56,464 nt of DNA from Clostridia bacterium (GTDB lineage Bacteria; Bacillota; Clostridia; UMGS1810). The position numbers and the translations under genes are program-made. The notes under the pieces were generated by a model, which did not search any database, was not told where the DNA came from, and worked only from the letters and a program-made list of their open reading frames with translations. This document shows, piece by piece, positions 37,298-45,437 of this stretch (position 1 is the first letter of the stretch; each line of letters starts with the position of its first letter). Where the stretch lies: contig JAZSPJ010000137.1 in the NCBI GenBank assembly GCA_045537365.1, positions 1-56,464 on the forward strand, written 5' to 3'.

Positions 37298-39703
37298 CTA
37301 TCTTAATACTGCACCAAGCTTAAATTCAAGGTCTTTGAGTATTTTTTCGGTAAATTTGTCCATTTCCTTAGCAGATATTTCTTTTTGGTCAGGAGTAAAT
37401 GTTACATTAAATGCCATACTCTTTTTATTTTCGCCTATTTGTTTGCCTCTGAATATATCAAAAAGCTTAACATCTGTAACAAATTTACATGATTTTTTAA
37501 TACTTTCCTCAATTTCTCCGCAGGTTATGGCATCGTCGCATATCAATGCAAAGTCACGCTTTATAACAGAAAATGCCGGAATTGGTGTGTAACGGAAGCT
37601 TTTGTTGAATTTACTGCTTAATTTTTTATAATCAATTTCTGCTACAAATACAGGCTTTTGTATAACAAGCTCCTCGCATACTGTGTGCGAAAGTCTGCCC
37701 ATATAGCCTATAACCTCGCCGCATGAAACAATGTTTGCCGAAACACCGGGGTGCAAAAACGGCTTTTCGCCTGCATCGGGCTTTTCGTATACAAATTCAA
37801 GGTTAAACTCGTCTGCAATACCCTCTATAATACCTTTTACGGTAAAGAAATCCTCGCCGTCGCCGTATACGCCTATGCCTACTGTTTTTACCTCATCGGG
37901 AAGCCGGGTGAGCGGAAGCTCTTTTGCTTTATATACATTTGCAACCTCGAAAAATCTTCCGCCCTCGTTACCGTTGCGGTAATTTTTAACTATTGTGTTT
38001 ACCATATTTGGTATAAGGGTTGTAGCCATTATGGAGTAGTTTTCGCTTATTGGGTTTGCAATTCTTATAGCGTTTCTCTCAGGTGCATTTTCGGCATAGC
38101 CCAAAACATCCAAATCCTGATTTGAATAGAAACTGAATGTAATTGTTTCATAAGCACCCTGCATACGAAGTGCGTTTTTAAGCTTGAATTCAAGCTTTTG
38201 AGATTCATTCAAGCCACCGTTTGTAACCTTTGCGGTTTCAAGATATTTTGGCACGATTTTATCGTAGCCGTACATTCTTATAACCTCTTCGGAAAGGTCC
38301 TCAAAGCCGAATACATCCTCACGGTAAGGGGGTGCTGTAACTGTAAGATATGCACCGTTTTCCTCCACCTCAAATTCAAGGCGTTTTAATATATCGCATA
38401 TTACAGCTTTATCTACATCTATACCAAGCACTTTGTTTATTTTTTCGGGGGTGGTTTTAATTACTGCGGGGTTGATTTTGCCGTTTACCCATCTGTCAAA
38501 GTGTGTTGCACTTACTGTACCAGAGCCAAGCTCCTCTATAAGGTGCAAAGCCCTTTCCATTGCCTTGCCTGTGGTATACTCGTCTACACCCTTACAGAAT
38601 TTTGCCGATGAGTCGGAGCTTTGTCCGAGCGCTCTTGAAGTTTTTCTTACGCTGTCGCGGGCAAATTTTGCGCTTTCAAACACAACATCGGTTGTGTTTT
38701 CTTTAATTTCGCTGTTAAGTGCGCCCATAATACCTGCAAGGGCAACGGGCTTTTTACTGTCGCATATTACAAGGTTTGTTGTGTTAAGTGTAAATTCCTT
38801 TTCGTCAAGTGTGGTAATTTTTTCGCCGTCTTTTGCGCGCCTTACTGTAATTGCCTTACCCTCTAATGTTGAAAGGTCGAATGCGTGCATCGGCTGACCT
38901 AATTCAAGCAAAATAAAGTTTGTTATATCAACTATATTATTAATTGCATTTATACCGCAAAGTGCAAGGCGCTTTCTCATCCAGTCGGGTGACTGTTGTA
39001 TTTTTACATCCTTTACATAGTGACCTACATAGCGTGGGCATAAATCGGTTGCCTCAACAGTAACGGATATATCGTTATCGTTTGCGCTTTCAACTGCCTT
39101 ATAATCAAATGACGGCATTTTAAGCGGTTTGTTAAGCACAGCCGCAACCTCTCTTGCCATACCGAGTATGGACTGACAGTCGGGGCGGTTTGCTGTAATG
39201 CTTATATCGAAAATATAATCGTCAAGACCTACTGTTTTTTGAATTTCCTCGCCGATTGGAGTATCGTCTTTAAGTATAAGTATGCCGTAAACATCTGCAC
39301 CCTCGTACCAGTTATCGTTAATACCAAGCTCCTCGCCCGAGCAAAGCATACCATTTGATTCTACGCCTCTTAATTTACCCTTTTTAATTTTAATGCCATT
39401 AGGCAGGGTTGAGCCGTCAAGCGCCGCAGGCACTATTGCACCCTCGAAAATATTGTCCGCACCTGTAACTATTTGAATATCGTTTCCGTATTTACCACAG
39501 TCTACCTTACAAATCTGAAGGTGGTCGCTATCGGCGTGTTTTTCTATTTTAGTGATTTTACCTGTTACTACATTTGAAATCTCTGCGCCGAGGTAAATAA
39601 GCTCCTCTACCTCAAAACCGCAGGAAAAAAGCTTTTGTTCAAGCTCCTCGGGTGTAATATCTATATCTACATAATCTTTTAACCAACTGAAAGGTACTTT
39701 CAT
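37298..39703 (-). CDS. pheT: Phenylalanine--tRNA ligase beta subunit
   Basis: 801 aa. MKVPFSWLKDYVD N-terminus, with tRNA-binding, B3/4, B5 and FDX-ACB domains. Confidence 0.97.
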   Translation of the reverse strand: MKVPFSWLKDYVDIDITPEELEQKLFSCGFEVEELIYLGAEISNVVTGKITKIEKHADSDHLQICKVDCGKYGNDIQIVTGADNIFEGAIVPAALDGSTLPNGIKIKKGKLRGVESNGMLCSGEELGINDNWYEGADVYGILILKDDTPIGEEIQKTVGLDDYIFDISITANRPDCQSILGMAREVAAVLNKPLKMPSFDYKAVESANDNDISVTVEATDLCPRYVGHYVKDVKIQQSPDWMRKRLALCGINAINNIVDITNFILLELGQPMHAFDLSTLEGKAITVRRAKDGEKITTLDEKEFTLNTTNLVICDSKKPVALAGIMGALNSEIKENTTDVVFESAKFARDSVRKTSRALGQSSDSSAKFCKGVDEYTTGKAMERALHLIEELGSGTVSATHFDRWVNGKINPAVIKTTPEKINKVLGIDVDKAVICDILKRLEFEVEENGAYLTVTAPPYREDVFGFEDLSEEVIRMYGYDKIVPKYLETAKVTNGGLNESQKLEFKLKNALRMQGAYETITFSFYSNQDLDVLGYAENAPERNAIRIANPISENYSIMATTLIPNMVNTIVKNYRNGNEGGRFFEVANVYKAKELPLTRLPDEVKTVGIGVYGDGEDFFTVKGIIEGIADEFNLEFVYEKPDAGEKPFLHPGVSANIVSCGEVIGYMGRLSHTVCEELVIQKPVFVAEIDYKKLSSKFNKSFRYTPIPAFSVIKRDFALICDDAITCGEIEESIKKSCKFVTDVKLFDIFRGKQIGENKKSMAFNVTFTPDQKEISAKEMDKFTEKILKDLEFKLGAVLR

Positions 39704-39722
39704 TTTATTATCCTCCCTTTAA

Positions 39723-40757
39723 TTACTTGCATTGCTGTTTAAACTGCTCTAATGTTCTTATGTCGTTATCAAACAGAATGTGTATGTTGTTTATGCCGTA
39801 TTTAAGCATGGTTATTCTGTCTATACCAACACCAAAGGCAAGACCTGAATATACATCAGGGTCGATACCGCAGTTTTCAAGTACTTTTCGGTTTACTATA
39901 CCGCCGCCAAGTACCTCTATCCAGCCTGTGCCCTTACAAAGCTTACAGCCTTTTCCTCCGCATTCGCAGCAGGTAACATCTATTTCAACGCTTGGCTCTG
40001 TAAACGGGAAATATGACGGTCTTAATCTTGTTTTTGTATCCTCATTAAAAAGTGCTTTTGCAAGCATTTCAAGCATACCGTGAAGGTCGCATAGAGATAT
40101 ACCTTTATCCACAACAAGCCCCTCCATCTGATGGAACATTGGGGTGTGTGTTGCATCGTCATCGCTGCGGAAAACTCTGCCCGGACTTAACACCTTAATT
40201 GGTGGTTTTTTAGCTTCCATAGTTCTTATCTGCCCCGGTGAGGTTTGTGTGCGGAGCAATATTTCATCTGTTATATAAAAAGTATCCTGCTCTGCTCTTG
40301 CAGGGTGGTCGGCAGGTACATTAAGGGCAGTAAAATTGTAGTAATCGGTTTCAATTTCAGGGCCTTCAAAAATATCAAAGCCCATACCTGCAAAAATATC
40401 TATAAGCTCCTGACGCACAAGTGTGGTTGGGTGAATTGAGCCTGTTTTGTTTATTTTAGCAGGCATTGTAATATCAACCGCCTCGCTCAAATTCTTTTTG
40501 GCAAGCTCTGCGCCTTTTAATACTTCCTCTACCTTATCAAACTCTGCCTCTGCCCAAACCTTAAATTCGTTTATAATTTTACCCATAAGGGGGCGCTCCT
40601 CGGGGCTGAAGTTTCTAAGCTCCTGCATAAGCTTTGGTATTTCGCCTGCTTTTTTACTTAAATACTTTTCTCTTAACGCTTTGTAAGCCTCACGGTCGAT
40701 ATTTACATTAAGCTCTGCCGAAAGTTGCTGTTTAAGCGTTTCAATTCTCTGTTTCAT
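39723..40757 (-). CDS. pheS: Phenylalanine--tRNA ligase alpha subunit
   Basis: HPxR...FRxD class II motifs (HPARAEQDTFY, GRVFRSDDDATHTPMFHQMEG). The ATG lies 9-10 nt after AGGAAGGA. The track ORF starts at a TTG at 40766. Confidence 0.95.
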   Translation of the reverse strand: MKQRIETLKQQLSAELNVNIDREAYKALREKYLSKKAGEIPKLMQELRNFSPEERPLMGKIINEFKVWAEAEFDKVEEVLKGAELAKKNLSEAVDITMPAKINKTGSIHPTTLVRQELIDIFAGMGFDIFEGPEIETDYYNFTALNVPADHPARAEQDTFYITDEILLRTQTSPGQIRTMEAKKPPIKVLSPGRVFRSDDDATHTPMFHQMEGLVVDKGISLCDLHGMLEMLAKALFNEDTKTRLRPSYFPFTEPSVEIDVTCCECGGKGCKLCKGTGWIEVLGGGIVNRKVLENCGIDPDVYSGLAFGVGIDRITMLKYGINNIHILFDNDIRTLEQFKQQCK

Positions 40758-40794
40758 ATTATCCAATCCTTCCTGTAATTTTAAAGGAGGGCAA

Positions 40795-41078
40795 CAAAAA
40801 AAGCAACCCGCCCTTTATTAATTAATAAGGGACGAAATTGCTCGCGGTACCACCCTAATTCAAAGCAATAAAATGCTTTGCTCTCGTTTTTTCACTTTAA
40901 TGCAGTGACTACATCCAGATTAACGGTTTTATGTTTAAAAAAACCTTTTCAATGGAAACTCCGGCGCTGAAATTCAGCCCTTTGCCATCATAAGGTTGCT
41001 TACAGCCTGTGGCAACCCTCTCTCTTTATGAATTATGCAAATGCTTACTTACACGCCTTCACAGTCTTAATTTTCATA
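40795..41078 (-). promoter_or_regulatory. T-box riboswitch leader of pheST (Phe)
   Basis: The minus strand carries the conserved T-box AGGGTGGTACCGCG (40843-40856). It overlaps the 5' arm of a terminator hairpin (40803-40841) that is followed by TTTTTTT. The candidate UUC specifier sits in GCUGAAUUUCAGC around 40969-40971. Confidence 0.8.
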
Positions 41079-41084
41079 TTCTAC

Positions 41085-41113
41085 ATTATATATAAAAAAT
41101 ACATTTTTGTCAA
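41085..41113 (-). promoter_or_regulatory. Consensus sigma-A promoter of the pheST T-box leader
   Basis: Minus strand reads TTGACA, 17 nt, TATAAT. Confidence 0.7.
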
Positions 41114-41170
41114 GAGTGGATTTTTTAATGTGTTTTTTGTTTATATATTTTACAAGTATTTCAAAAGTAG

Positions 41171-41199
41171 TTGACAAAATGCAATTTGTTGAGTATAAT
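41171..41199 (+). promoter_or_regulatory. Consensus sigma-A promoter with no protein gene downstream
   Basis: TTGACA, 17 nt, TATAAT on the plus strand. Confidence 0.6.
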
Positions 41200-41205
41200 A
41201 AACAT

Positions 41206-41291
41206 AGAAAAAGGCAAGACCTCAAACGGTTATGCCAAAAGAATGTATTTATAAAAATAACGCTTCATTTGACGGTGGGCGTTATTTTTTT
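41206..41291 (+). ncRNA. Candidate ~85-nt sRNA (putative type I antitoxin)
   Basis: Bounded by the consensus promoter and a hairpin (ATAACGC / GCGTTAT, extendable by A-U pairs) plus a T-run. Its 3' end is antisense to the end of the 22-aa ORF. Confidence 0.4.
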
Positions 41292-41350
41292 ATGGAAATT
41301 ACTAAAAGTAACAGAATTATCATAAATGTAATTATGTATTCATTATCCAT
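41282..41350 (-). CDS. 22-aa hydrophobic peptide MDNEYIITFMIILLLLVISIKK (candidate type I toxin or small membrane protein)
   Basis: ATG 5 nt after AAGGGAGGTGG. An in-frame stop lies immediately upstream of the RBS. It has a single TM-like core and a KK tail. It has its own promoter and an ~89-nt 5' UTR. It is below the size cutoff of the ORF track. Confidence 0.4.
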   Translation of the reverse strand: MDNEYIITFMIILLLLVISIKK

Positions 41351-41445
41351 AGCAACCACCTCCCTTTAAAAGAGATGATGGCATAACCGCCCAGCTTTTA
41401 CACTGTTTTAAGTCTTACCTTTTATCGGATTTCTCCGACAGGAAC

Positions 41446-41474
41446 ATTATACAACATATTTTTTGTTATTTCAA
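41446..41474 (-). promoter_or_regulatory. Promoter of the 22-aa ORF transcript
   Basis: Minus strand reads TTGAAA, 17 nt, TATAAT. Confidence 0.55.
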
Positions 41475-41490
41475 CCGCTTTTTATAAAAT

Positions 41491-41507
41491 CTGCGAAAAA
41501 TGTCGAA
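41491..41507 (+). promoter_or_regulatory. Tandem Spo0A-box-like sites between two divergent promoters
   Basis: CTGCGAA at 41491-41497 and TGTCGAA (exact 0A heptamer) at 41501-41507, 10 bp apart. Confidence 0.3.
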
Positions 41508-41516
41508 AGAAAATCC

Positions 41517-41545
41517 TTGTAAAATGTTATATTGTGTGATACAAT
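41517..41545 (+). promoter_or_regulatory. Promoter of the orphan structured RNA
   Basis: TTGTAA, 17 nt, TGaTACAAT (extended -10). Confidence 0.5.
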
Positions 41546-41551
41546 ATGTAT

Positions 41552-41709
41552 TGAGCTAATAAATTTTAATATTATAATTGCGTGGAGATACACCTTTAGA
41601 AAAAGGTGTGTTCTCTCTATTTTCTATTCCACGCGATTAGATATTTATTAGCTCACTTGAGGGAATACACTTTTTCATGCGTTCCTTCGGGGGCGCATTT
41701 TTTATTTTA
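41552..41709 (+). ncRNA. Orphan structured RNA (~155 nt) ending in a strong intrinsic terminator. It could be an sRNA or a riboswitch-like leader.
   Basis: P1 is a 13-bp stem (41552-41564 with 41643-41655). P2 is an 11-bp stem, AATTGCGTGGA / TCCACGCGATT. P3 is ACACCTT / AAGGTGT. There is a CU-rich 17-nt internal strand. The terminator is ATGCGTTCC-TTCG-GGGGCGCAT followed by T7 (41677-41709). Confidence 0.4.
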
Positions 41710-41867
41710 GGAGGAAAATTACTGTGGTAGATTACAAAAAACTGTATTGTAAAATGTTTTGTGATTTTCCTGCCACTTATAAAAAAGCCTTAACGCAACC
41801 CTAATACGACCGCTACACTTGTAATTATATTAACCTAATTACGAGCGAAAAATCAGCATAGCGAAAT

Positions 41868-42389
41868 TTAAACAGTAAAAAACACTCTGCAAACCGCAAG
41901 GCTTACAAACAAACAGCAAAGGTCGGCAAGCAGGGCGCACTTTAAGGTGTACCTTGTGTTTATAACCTTTACTGCACCAAAATAAACGGCTATTGTATAA
42001 AAGGTGGTCTCGCTTGAGCCCATCATAACCGATACGGCTTTTGATGCAAAGCTGTCGGCACCTGTGTTTTTAAAAATATCCTGTGCCATAGCAAGTGACC
42101 CACTGCCCGAAACAGGGCGCATAACCGCAAAGGGTACAATATCGGCAGGAATTTTTAAAAAATTGCAAAGCGGTGCAAGGCACGAGGTTATAATATCCAT
42201 TGCGCCCGATGCCCTGAAAGCATCTATGGCAGAAAATAAGCCAATGAGCGGAGCGAGAATTGAAAATGCTGTGCCAATACCGCTTTTAACACCTGAAGTA
42301 AAATCGGCATAAACATCGCATTTTTTAAACAAGCCGTAGGCAATTACAAAAAATATCATAGCAGGTATTGCAAAGTCGCCTATGTTCAA
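41868..42389 (-). CDS. spmB: Spore maturation protein B
   Basis: 173-aa polytopic membrane protein with a nucleoside-recognition-type fold. It overlaps spmA by 4 nt. Confidence 0.8.
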   Translation of the reverse strand: MNIGDFAIPAMIFFVIAYGLFKKCDVYADFTSGVKSGIGTAFSILAPLIGLFSAIDAFRASGAMDIITSCLAPLCNFLKIPADIVPFAVMRPVSGSGSLAMAQDIFKNTGADSFASKAVSVMMGSSETTFYTIAVYFGAVKVINTRYTLKCALLADLCCLFVSLAVCRVFFTV

Positions 42390-42973
42390 TTAGTATCAGC
42401 CTCCCTACATTTTAAACGGCAAAGCCATACACAAAGTGCGCCAAAAACAAATACAAGGGCAGAGGTTATCCAAATAGGTAAAATTATTTCCGACGGGTTT
42501 TTAGCCCCCGCCTGCGACCTTAAGGCGATAAGAGTGGATGGTATAAGCTGAATACTTGCACTGTTAATTACCGCAAGCATACACATATCGTGGCTTGCGG
42601 TGTTTTTTTGCCCGTTTTCGGCATGCAGAGCTTTCATGGCTTCAATGCCCAGCGGTGTTGCAGCATTTGAAAGACCTAAAATGTTTGCTGTCATATTAAG
42701 TGAAATGGCGTTTTGTGTTTTTTTGTTTCGGGTGGTAAAAAGAAGGCTTATTAATGGCGAAAGTAATTTGGCAAATATTTTTGACATACCCGATTTTTCG
42801 CATACTGCCATAACACCTGACCAAAGCGCCATAACCGAGCCGACTTTAATTATAAATTCTACGGCATTTTTTGCACCGTCCATTAAAGCTGCTGCCGTCT
42901 GGCTTACTGTACCGCAGAAAAAAGAACATACTATTGATACTAGCATAATTGCGCACCAAATAAAATTAAGCAT
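42386..42973 (-). CDS. spmA: Spore maturation protein A
   Basis: Membrane protein. ATG 5 nt after AGGTGA. The track ORF starts at a GTG at 42982. Confidence 0.8.
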   Translation of the reverse strand: MLNFIWCAIMLVSIVCSFFCGTVSQTAAALMDGAKNAVEFIIKVGSVMALWSGVMAVCEKSGMSKIFAKLLSPLISLLFTTRNKKTQNAISLNMTANILGLSNAATPLGIEAMKALHAENGQKNTASHDMCMLAVINSASIQLIPSTLIALRSQAGAKNPSEIILPIWITSALVFVFGALCVWLCRLKCREADTN

Positions 42974-43017
42974 TTTAATCACCTGTAAACTATATGATTA
43001 AAATGCTTAATATATTA

Positions 43018-45399
43018 TTATTTTAATTCTACAACGGTAACGCCTGCATCGCCCTCGCCAAACACACCCAATCGGTATGATTTAACATAAGGCAGTCGGC
43101 GCAGATAGTCGTGTATGCCTTTTCGGAGCATTCCTGTACCTTTGCCGTGGATAATGCGTACCTGACCTAATGATGAAAGCACCGCATCGTCCAAAAACTT
43201 ATCTATTAAAACCACGGCGGAATCTACTGTTTCGCCCCTTACATCAAGCTCTGACGAAAGGCTCATTGTTTTTGTAACAGTTGCGCCCCCACTGTGGTTA
43301 GGTGTTTTTTTGGTGTTTGCCTTCGGTGTGCTGTCGCCTGTTAAGCGAAGGTCGGCAATATTGGCTTTTATTTTCATTATGCCTACTTTTACAAATAGCT
43401 CGCCGTTTTTATCGGGCAGGGTACAGACAGTACCTACCTGACCGAATTTAACAATTTCAACATCGTCGCCCAGCTTTACCTGCTTTGGCGCTTTATAAGC
43501 CTCTTTTACCTTAAACAGATTTTCGGCTATTTTTTCGCTGTTGCGTTTGTTTTTCTCGTTAAGCCTTTGTCTGGCTTTTTCGGCAAGACGGCTTGCTTCT
43601 TTGGCATCTTTAAGCTTTTGTGCATCACGGATTTCTTTTATGATTTCGTCGGCATCGTCCTTTGCGCCCTCAAGTATTTCTTTGGCTTCCATTCTTGCAC
43701 GCTCTATTATGCGTTCGGTTTTCTCGCGGATAAGGCGGTTGGTATTGGCTGTATCGTTTTTAAGCTTTTCGGTTTCACGGCGGTACAGCTCGGCTTTTTG
43801 CTTTTCCTCTGCCATTTGCCGTCTGCTTGCCTCAAGCTCGGTGAGTACATCCTCAAATTTTAAGTTTTCCTCGTTTATATGAGCTTTTGCGTTCTCAATA
43901 ATATCATCGCCCAGACCAAGCCTTGAGGATATTAAAAATGCATTACTTTTTCCCGGTACGCCTATAAGAAGCTTGTAGGTTGGCGAGAGTGTATTTACAT
44001 CAAACTCACAGCTTGCGTTTTCTACGCCCTTTGTGCTTAAGGCATAGAGCTTCAGTTCACTGTAATGTGTGGTTGCAAGGGTTTTTGCACCAAGCGACCT
44101 TACCTTTTCGAGTATACTTACTGCAAGTGCCGCACCCTCTATCGGGTCTGTGCCTGCGCCAAGCTCGTCGAAAAGGCAAAGCGAATTTTTATTATTATTT
44201 AAGCTGTTTAGTATGTTTACAATATTAACCATGTGGGCAGAAAATGTTGATAAGCTCTGCTCTATACTCTGCTCGTCGCCAATATCGGCATAAATATCGT
44301 CAAATACGGCGATTTGCGAATTTTCCTGTGCAGTTATATGCAAGCCCGTCTGTGCCATAAGTGTTAAAAGACCTGCTGTTTTAAGCACAACGGTTTTACC
44401 GCCTGTATTTGGTCCTGTTACCACAAGGGTATCAAACTCTTTGCCTACGGTAATATCGGTTGGCACTACCTTTTTTTCGTCAAGCAGGGGATGCCTTGCT
44501 TTTTCAAGATTGATATACCCCATATCGTTGAGCACGGGGCGGTATGCATCGTATCTGAGTGAAAATTTTGCCCTTGCAAAAATTAAATCAAGCTCAATTA
44601 TTGTGCCATAAGTCATATCAAGCAGCTTTGATATATCTGCGATTTTTTGGGAAAAAGACATTAATATTTTTTCTATTTCCTCTTTTTCCTTTATGCGAAG
44701 CTCTCTTATTTCGTTATTTGCTTCAACTGCTTCAACAGGCTCTATAAACAGGGTTGCCCCCGTTGCCGAGGTATCGTGTACAATACCTTTTACTTCACCG
44801 CGGAACTCTGCTTTTACGGGTACAACACTTCTGTCGCCTCTTACGGTTATAATTTGCTCCTGCAGGTATTTGGATTTCGGACCCGTAATAAAGGACTGCA
44901 GTACATCACGCACTTTATTTGCGCAGCCTTTTAATTTACGGCGCACCTCTAAAAGACCGTCGGATGCATCGTCCGATACAGAGTTTTCGTCAGGAAAGCA
45001 CCTGAAAATATCGTTTTCCAAAGCCTTATCGATATAAAGAGCTTCAAAATGCTCGTAAAGTGTTTCGGCGTGAATTTCCTCAGGATATGCTTTAAATGTC
45101 CTTGCAGTTTTTAAAAGCTTAGATACAAGTAAAAGCTCGCCAATTGATAGAACACCGCCTATTTCGGCACGCTTAAGGGGCGCTTTAACATCGCCCGAAA
45201 AGTATATGGGCGGTTGCCCCTTTTTGGTTATAAGCATAAGTGCCTGTGCAGTTTCGTCCTGCATTATATTTACTTTTTTTATGTTGTTTGAGGGTACAAG
45301 CTTTGTTATGTTTTCTTTTGTTAAATCGCATACTGCATACGCTTTAAGCCTGTCCAGTATTTTATCGAATTCAAGGGTTTTTAATGTTTTTTTATTCAT
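43018..45399 (-). CDS. mutS2: Endonuclease MutS2 (MutS ATPase plus C-terminal Smr domain)
   Basis: 793 aa. GPNTGGKT and C-terminal Smr (LDVRGETVDSAV...IIHGKGTGMLR). Confidence 0.95.
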   Translation of the reverse strand: MNKKTLKTLEFDKILDRLKAYAVCDLTKENITKLVPSNNIKKVNIMQDETAQALMLITKKGQPPIYFSGDVKAPLKRAEIGGVLSIGELLLVSKLLKTARTFKAYPEEIHAETLYEHFEALYIDKALENDIFRCFPDENSVSDDASDGLLEVRRKLKGCANKVRDVLQSFITGPKSKYLQEQIITVRGDRSVVPVKAEFRGEVKGIVHDTSATGATLFIEPVEAVEANNEIRELRIKEKEEIEKILMSFSQKIADISKLLDMTYGTIIELDLIFARAKFSLRYDAYRPVLNDMGYINLEKARHPLLDEKKVVPTDITVGKEFDTLVVTGPNTGGKTVVLKTAGLLTLMAQTGLHITAQENSQIAVFDDIYADIGDEQSIEQSLSTFSAHMVNIVNILNSLNNNKNSLCLFDELGAGTDPIEGAALAVSILEKVRSLGAKTLATTHYSELKLYALSTKGVENASCEFDVNTLSPTYKLLIGVPGKSNAFLISSRLGLGDDIIENAKAHINEENLKFEDVLTELEASRRQMAEEKQKAELYRRETEKLKNDTANTNRLIREKTERIIERARMEAKEILEGAKDDADEIIKEIRDAQKLKDAKEASRLAEKARQRLNEKNKRNSEKIAENLFKVKEAYKAPKQVKLGDDVEIVKFGQVGTVCTLPDKNGELFVKVGIMKIKANIADLRLTGDSTPKANTKKTPNHSGGATVTKTMSLSSELDVRGETVDSAVVLIDKFLDDAVLSSLGQVRIIHGKGTGMLRKGIHDYLRRLPYVKSYRLGVFGEGDAGVTVVELK

Positions 45400-45437
45400 A
45401 GGCGGTTGGTTTCACTCCCCTTTTTACAAACATTATT

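Noticed and set aside
37236-37592. The 118-aa plus-strand ORF, and many similar 60-180-aa track ORFs antisense to large genes (for example 12571-13005, 19546-20091, 38433-38897, 24846-25286, 42600-43001, 52170-52697)
   Set aside because: All lie entirely within, and antisense or out of frame to, confidently identified conserved genes. They lack RBSs and have low-complexity or odd composition, so they are shadow ORFs.
41107-41325. A 72-aa plus-strand ORF from the track
   Set aside because: It starts inside the pheST promoter and has no RBS. It runs across a consensus promoter and through a terminator hairpin. The region is better explained by the sRNA plus the convergent 22-aa ORF.
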